Shown piece after piece: positions 58,909 to 64,000 of a DNA stretch of 64,000 nucleotides. The stretch spans positions 3,580-67,579 of the IMG/VR virus record IMGVR_UViG_3300033562_000691; one strand, given 5' to 3'. Position 1 is the stretch's first letter; each line of letters begins with the position of its first letter. The translations under genes and the position numbers were made by a program. Under the pieces are notes generated by a model. It searched no databases. It was given only the letters and a program-made list of their open reading frames with translations, and was not told where the DNA came from. The stretch comes from a virus (taxonomy: Duplodnaviria > Caudoviricetes).

Positions 58909-59295
58909 ATGGGAGCAACTATCGTAGGTGGGAAAGAGGCTAAAGCAATCGAACGTGCACAGGCTATTAAGCTGGAGATTGATCGTCTGAAGGAAGAGTA
59001 TGAAGACATCAAACGCGATCTGTTGATGAATACCAAGTATGATTTCAGTGCAACTGGATCGTTCGTTACCAAGAATGGCGGTCTGCTGAATGTCACTGAA
59101 CGTGCAGGAACTGAAATTCCGCCGAATCCGGAAGAAGTCATGCAGATGCTCAAGGATATGAAGAAATCCAAGAGCTTCATAAGCATAGTGCAAATTGTTC
59201 CGAAGGCTTTCAGGGCACTGGTTGGAGATGAGAATGCCAAGAAGCTGATCAAACGGAAACCGGCTGTATTTGTATGGTCCTTTGCAAAGGAGTAG
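58909..59295 (+). CDS. Hypothetical protein
   Basis: GGAG RBS; N-terminal coiled coil. Confidence 0.7.
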   Translation: MGATIVGGKEAKAIERAQAIKLEIDRLKEEYEDIKRDLLMNTKYDFSATGSFVTKNGGLLNVTERAGTEIPPNPEEVMQMLKDMKKSKSFISIVQIVPKAFRALVGDENAKKLIKRKPAVFVWSFAKE

Positions 59296-59298
59296 CTT

Positions 59299-59481
59299 AT
59301 GTTCATAATTGATTTACTGATATGGGGCCTACTATACTTGCTTTCTCCATATAAAAAGCCAGTAACAGATGATAATGTCACTCACTTCATATACATGGAT
59401 GATAGTGGCGATCTGAAAAATATGTGGGAGAAAGAGCAAGAAGAATCCTATGATGGAGACAGATCGGAGTTTGATTTATGA
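59299..59481 (+). CDS. Small membrane-anchored protein
   Basis: Hydrophobic N-terminus; AAGGAG RBS. Confidence 0.55.
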   Translation: MFIIDLLIWGLLYLLSPYKKPVTDDNVTHFIYMDDSGDLKNMWEKEQEESYDGDRSEFDL

Positions 59482-60851
59482 ACAATCCAGTGAAATTAAT
59501 AGTTGGTGGAGGAGTCCAGTGTTTTGGACTCCCCACCCAGATCCGTGAGCGTGCAATCAAAGACCTCACTTTTGACAACATGGCTTACAAGAATGCTGTC
59601 AAATATGGAAAATACATTGCGCCCAACATTCATCCATTCCATGAGTTTTTCTATTATGACCGAGTGAACGACATGTTATTCTGTCCAAAAGGGTACATAC
59701 GTCCACTACTGACCATGATCAGAAAAGCTGAAGTGAAGTACAAAATAAAGGATAACACATATAGTCTTCCAAAGGATAAACTGCTTCATTTGGAATTCAA
59801 AGGCAAACTCAGATCCTATCAGGAACAAGCTGTGTCTGATATGCTGCGATACCCAAACGGGTTACTTGAAGCGAAGACAGGTTCCGGAAAAACCATCATG
59901 GCTATTGCACTCATATCCAAGAAGAAACAACCAACTCTGATTATTGTTCATTCCAAGGAATTGCTGCATCAATGGTGTACTCGCATTCGTGACTTCCTTG
60001 GATATCAAGCCGGTATTATTGGTGACGGGCAATGCACTGTACATCCAATCACAGTGGGGATTGCGAAGTCCGTTAAGAAACATGCGGACAGCATCAAGCG
60101 TAAATTTGGACTGGTGATTGTGGATGAGTGTCACAAAACCCCAAGCACCACATTTACAGAATGCTTGATAAAGCTGTGTGCCAGATACACCATTGGATTG
60201 TCAGCAACACCATTCCGTAATGATGGACTGGATAGAGCTATCAATGCATTCATTGGACCAACGCTGCATATTGTATCTTCTCAAGAATTGGAAGATGTCG
60301 GTGCTGTTCTGAAGCCTGAGATTTACTATGTAAAAACCAACTACTTCACACCAAAGATAGCGTATATAGATATAATCCAAGATCTGTCGAAGAATGCCAA
60401 GCGGAATAAACTCGTAGCGGAGGTTGCAGTTGCCGATATAAAACAACAGAATGAAGCCATCCTGATCGCTGTGGATCGTGTACAGATGGGAAGGGAAATC
60501 TCCAAAATCCTCACAGAGTATGGATATCCCAATTATCTCCTGCATGGATCTGTTCCCTCAGACAAGCGTAAACGAATAGTTGCAGACATGCGCAGTGGTA
60601 ATGTGAAAATATTGATTGCCACTGTATCCTTGATTGGTGAAGGATTTGATATGGATAAGCTCCATTCATTACTACTCGCATCCCCATTCAAGTATCCGGG
60701 CAGAGTGATTCAGGTTGCTGGTCGTGTGTTGCGTCCAGAGAAAGGAAAGACTGCACGAATATATGATTTCAGGGATGATGACATAACTGTGTTGCGCAAG
60801 CATGGAGCAGTGCGTCAGAATGTGTACAAATCACAGGGATGGTGCCATTGA
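59478..60851 (+). CDS. Superfamily 2 DExH helicase
   Basis: AKTGSGKT, IVDECH, GLSATP, GEGFD, QVAGRVLR. Confidence 0.93.
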   Translation: MNNPVKLIVGGGVQCFGLPTQIRERAIKDLTFDNMAYKNAVKYGKYIAPNIHPFHEFFYYDRVNDMLFCPKGYIRPLLTMIRKAEVKYKIKDNTYSLPKDKLLHLEFKGKLRSYQEQAVSDMLRYPNGLLEAKTGSGKTIMAIALISKKKQPTLIIVHSKELLHQWCTRIRDFLGYQAGIIGDGQCTVHPITVGIAKSVKKHADSIKRKFGLVIVDECHKTPSTTFTECLIKLCARYTIGLSATPFRNDGLDRAINAFIGPTLHIVSSQELEDVGAVLKPEIYYVKTNYFTPKIAYIDIIQDLSKNAKRNKLVAEVAVADIKQQNEAILIAVDRVQMGREISKILTEYGYPNYLLHGSVPSDKRKRIVADMRSGNVKILIATVSLIGEGFDMDKLHSLLLASPFKYPGRVIQVAGRVLRPEKGKTARIYDFRDDDITVLRKHGAVRQNVYKSQGWCH

Positions 60852-60857
60852 TAAATC

Positions 60858-61811
60858 ATGCACAACAGATCAAAAAATAAGTTCAGGAGAGGGGGCGGGT
60901 ATTCAGGAAACAAACTTCCCATAGAGCAGGTGGATGTTCTGGATGTTCTGGAAGAAGCGGGAATCCCGTATAAGACGAAAGGTCCAAATATCGGGGCAGG
61001 ATGGATAGGTGTTTGTTGTCCATTCTGCCACGATGATAATTACCACATGGGCGTAAATATAGAATCCAAGAAGATCTCCTGCTTTATTTGTGGAGAGTCT
61101 GGTACTATTTTACGCCTAGTTTCTGAAGAAGTGCGTTCATTTGGTAAAGCTCTTGAATTAGTGTCTAAACTAATTCCAAGAGAAATGAAAGCACGTACAT
61201 TCAATGAACGAATAGCCAAAAATATTCGAGTAGACTTGCCTAAATATGCTGTATCTGGATTATCAGATAGGCATAAGGCATATCTGAAAGAAGTTCGTGG
61301 GTTTGATCCTGATATTTTAATAGAAAAATATAACCTATTCCACACTGGTCCTGTAGGTCCGTTGGCAAACAGAATCATTGTGCCTGTAGTTGATCGCGGG
61401 AGATTGATAACATACACTTCTATTTCCATCGCGGAGGATGTGGATAATAGATACAAGCATTTATCCAATGAGGAGTCGATTGTATACATAAAGGATTATC
61501 TCTATAACCTAAACACAGTCAGAGGCATTGCCTATGTGGTAGAAGGCTTGTTCGACTGCTGGCGTATTGGTGATGGTGCAGTGACTACCTTTGGCACCAA
61601 GGTGAAGGATGAGCAGATCAAATTACTGGCCAAGGTGCCTAATGTGGTGATCCTATTCGATGGGGATATCCCCGGAGAACGCGCAGGAAATGAATTAGGG
61701 GATAAACTAGCCCCATTCACCAATGTGCTTCGTATTCCATTGCCAGAAGGGGAAGATCCTGACACCCTATCAGAAGACTTCATCCAGAGAATAAGGAGAT
61801 TACGAGTATGA
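60858..61811 (+). CDS. DNA primase (Zn finger + TOPRIM)
   Basis: CCPFCHD...SCFICG, VVEGLFDC, ILFDGD, EDPD. Confidence 0.9.
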   Translation: MHNRSKNKFRRGGGYSGNKLPIEQVDVLDVLEEAGIPYKTKGPNIGAGWIGVCCPFCHDDNYHMGVNIESKKISCFICGESGTILRLVSEEVRSFGKALELVSKLIPREMKARTFNERIAKNIRVDLPKYAVSGLSDRHKAYLKEVRGFDPDILIEKYNLFHTGPVGPLANRIIVPVVDRGRLITYTSISIAEDVDNRYKHLSNEESIVYIKDYLYNLNTVRGIAYVVEGLFDCWRIGDGAVTTFGTKVKDEQIKLLAKVPNVVILFDGDIPGERAGNELGDKLAPFTNVLRIPLPEGEDPDTLSEDFIQRIRRLRV

Positions 61812-62050
61812 TAACACCTGCATTGGATAATGTACTAGACCTGAATCCATCCCTGAAAATAGTCAATGATGTGTTTGCCCTGAAGAGGATTCTCCAAGGA
61901 GGGACCATCAAGGATATGGGCGTAGTTCTAGCCTGTATGGAGAACAGCACCAGTAGAAAATGGGTAAGGATAATCTTGAACGCATTGCTAGATGATATCA
62001 AGATTAATATCCTATTCGGAGAGGATGATAATAATGCACAGGATAAATAA
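61808..62050 (+). CDS. Hypothetical protein
   Basis: ATGA overlap with the primase stop. Confidence 0.6.
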   Translation: MITPALDNVLDLNPSLKIVNDVFALKRILQGGTIKDMGVVLACMENSTSRKWVRIILNALLDDIKINILFGEDDNNAQDK

Positions 62051-62330
62051 ACAGATTGTTTCTTGGATACGCAAGTTCATTAAATTTGGAAAATATTCCA
62101 TAAAGGGGGATGTAGCATACAAGTATATATCAGCGCACCAGTTACGAAAAATTCCATACAAAATACAACGGGCATACGTCAGAGAATGGACAAATGCACT
62201 CCAACTGAGATGTCCTTACTGTGAGATAATTCAAACTAAATCAACAGCTATAGATGTAATGCTCGCACCTCCTGATTATTGGAGATGTGAGTTATGTGGA
62301 AGAATAATGGGTGTTAAACAAACACATTAA
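62034..62330 (+). CDS. Zinc-ribbon protein
   Basis: CPYC...CELC; GGAGAGG RBS. Confidence 0.65.
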   Translation: MHRINKQIVSWIRKFIKFGKYSIKGDVAYKYISAHQLRKIPYKIQRAYVREWTNALQLRCPYCEIIQTKSTAIDVMLAPPDYWRCELCGRIMGVKQTH

Positions 62331-62345
62331 ATTGGAGTATGCCTA

Positions 62346-62549
62346 ATGACACCTATATTTTTGTACGGGGCTGATGCTCTTGGTGATGTGGTATGTCCTG
62401 CCTGTAAGGCAGAATTGGAAGTGGATGAAGAAGAATTTATCCCTTCAATGAAAGAGATTGTTGAATGTGGATTATGTGGGCATACATTCTATCTCACTAT
62501 ACGCATAAAGATAACATACGAAATAGCACCAATACAGGAGGATTTATGA
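62346..62549 (+). CDS. Zinc-ribbon protein
   Basis: CPAC...CGLC; GGAG RBS. Confidence 0.7.
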   Translation: MTPIFLYGADALGDVVCPACKAELEVDEEEFIPSMKEIVECGLCGHTFYLTIRIKITYEIAPIQEDL

Positions 62550-62689
62550 GTAGCAAAGCAGCAAAAAGACGTGCAGAGTATCAAAAGCGGGAAGAAAAAC
62601 GGAAAAAAGAAATGGATCGTCAAAAGAATATTCGTGATGCGACAGATATAGAGTCACTTGCAAAAGCGATGGGCGTTCCACTAAAATAG
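62546..62689 (+). CDS. Small basic protein
   Basis: AGGAGG RBS; ATGA overlap. Confidence 0.6.
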   Translation: MSSKAAKRRAEYQKREEKRKKEMDRQKNIRDATDIESLAKAMGVPLK

Positions 62690-62746
62690 CATAGGAAATA
62701 ACCCCACCAGTACATGGATGCTAATGAGCAAAATGAGGAGGAACAA

Positions 62747-63109
62747 ATGAAACGAAACGAAGTGGTCCCGCAACGGAAAATAAAGAAATTGACCTTTTAC
62801 CCAATCCCTAAATTTAACAACGCTCAATTGGCGTTTGGAGCGGAGCAAAAGAGTTTCTTCCACCGGCACGACCTACCAATTGTCCCCGAGAAATATAAAA
62901 CAATGGCTTCCTCATATTTTTTTAATGGCGGTGCCCTCCCCGAATTCCACAAGAGTGTTGACAGGAAGGCTGCCGCCCGTGCCTTGCGTGCTTGGCTTTC
63001 CAGTTGGGCACCTGCTCACGAAGCAAAGGAGGCTACTGTTGCCTATGCCCTTTGGCTCTGGACTCACGAAACCGCACTGAATGGGGAGGAATTCATAAAT
63101 GAAATTTAG
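62747..63109 (+). CDS. Hypothetical protein
   Basis: GAGGAGG RBS supports the MKRNEVV start. Confidence 0.7.
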   Translation: MKRNEVVPQRKIKKLTFYPIPKFNNAQLAFGAEQKSFFHRHDLPIVPEKYKTMASSYFFNGGALPEFHKSVDRKAAARALRAWLSSWAPAHEAKEATVAYALWLWTHETALNGEEFINEI

Positions 63110-63623
63110 CGATATTCCACAACTGACTCGTTCTGCCAGTTACAGAGTTCATCAATCATGGAAATATTTGGAGGAAACCATAGCACGCTACCAAAGAGAG
63201 GAATTCTCTGCTAAATTGGATATTGATCCCGAATTTCAACGAGGACATGTCTGGACAAAAAAGCAGCAGATTGCTTATGTGGAATTCAAACTGAAGGGAG
63301 GGGAAGGTTCAGAATTGTTATTCTTCAACTGTATTGGATGGATGAACAGCTTCAAAGGTCCATTTGTATTGGTTGACGGAAAACAAAGATTGACTGCAGT
63401 TCTACGTTTTATGCGTAATGAACTTCCTGTATTTGGTGGGTATTATTACAAAGATTTTGAGGATACATTGAGCAGCACAAATCCAAATTTTGTCTTCTGT
63501 GTCAATAATCTTCCAAGTATGCAATTGGTTTTGCAGTGGTATCTTGAACTGAACTCTGGAGGCACTCCACATACAAAGGCAGAGTTGCTGAAGGTTCAAA
63601 AAAATGCTTTTAGACTACAATAA
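63099..63623 (+). CDS. DUF262 (ParB/Srx-like, GmrSD/SspE N-terminal) domain protein
   Basis: IDPEFQRGHVW...LVDGKQRLTAV signature. Confidence 0.85.
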   Translation: MKFSDIPQLTRSASYRVHQSWKYLEETIARYQREEFSAKLDIDPEFQRGHVWTKKQQIAYVEFKLKGGEGSELLFFNCIGWMNSFKGPFVLVDGKQRLTAVLRFMRNELPVFGGYYYKDFEDTLSSTNPNFVFCVNNLPSMQLVLQWYLELNSGGTPHTKAELLKVQKNAFRLQ

Positions 63624-63638
63624 ATAAGGAGCTACACT

Positions 63639-63884
63639 ATGTTTGTAAATGATCGCCATGAAGTCCACAAAGAGGTTGTAGGCAATTTAACGAAGCTGAT
63701 TCTGTATCACCTGAGTTTAGCCGCAGACCAGCAATATAATCCAAGCTCTGATGCTGACCGAATGGATGCAGAAATTGCTGACGCATCTGAAAAAGTTGCC
63801 GGATTGCGTAAAATCAGAGAGGACTTTGAGAACTTGGTAACTGGTATAATTATTCCAAAGCCACTAAAAATACAAGAGAGATGA
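63639..63884 (+). CDS. Hypothetical coiled-coil protein
   Basis: AAGGAG RBS. Confidence 0.7.
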   Translation: MFVNDRHEVHKEVVGNLTKLILYHLSLAADQQYNPSSDADRMDAEIADASEKVAGLRKIREDFENLVTGIIIPKPLKIQER

Positions 63885-63887
63885 CTA

Positions 63888-64000
63888 ATGGAAAGTATTA
63901 GAGCACTCATTGATAATACAGTAAGCCCCAACACACGCACAAAATTTGCTGGTGCTGTTTTATATGCACAAACCTTAGTCGAAGCCAGTTGGCGTGGCCA
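63888..64000 (+). CDS. Hypothetical protein, partial (runs off right edge)
   Basis: ATG at 63888, MESIRALIDNTVSP..., open to the end of the window. Confidence 0.5.
   Translation, partial: MESIRALIDNTVSPNTRTKFAGAVLYAQTLVEASWRG

Noticed and set aside
1-64000. Stop-codon reassignment, tRNA genes, integrase or tail sheath
   Set aside because: Long genes translate intact in the standard code and all three stops are used. I recognised no cloverleaf with a T-loop signature, no recombinase and no sheath gene in this window.

Overview
The window is a 64-kb piece of a large tailed dsDNA phage genome, siphovirus-like. It has a tape measure and tail tube but no sheath, and I saw no integrase, tRNA or CRISPR array. 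The left 42 kb is one minus-strand late module. From right to left it runs: putative TerS, TerL interrupted at its P-loop by an Ala1/WCT (class 3-type) intein, portal, scaffold, P22-like capsid, neck genes, tail tube, a tail-chaperone pair joined by an in-frame A_AAA_AAC -1 slippery site, a 3345-aa tape measure, tail-tip genes including a 2804-aa LamG/DUF2341/Kelch adhesin, and a lysis-type region (M15-like endolysin, three lipoproteins, a stand-alone receiver domain). A 1.3-kb AT-rich, repeat-rich divergence region (42.1-43.4 kb) separates this from a plus-strand early/replication arm of about 45 mostly small ORFs ending in an SF2 helicase, a primase and a DUF262 protein. The most striking unexplained signal is in the early arm. 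About 20 copies of a 19-bp palindrome, TTTATTCA-N3-TGAATAAA, lie between 44.35 and 53.04 kb. They sit repeatedly on or next to the stop codon of one small gene and just before the Shine-Dalgarno of the next. They begin inside a ~2.4-kb largely non-coding stretch packed with G-U-containing hairpins. Family assignments are from motif recognition by eye, not database searches.
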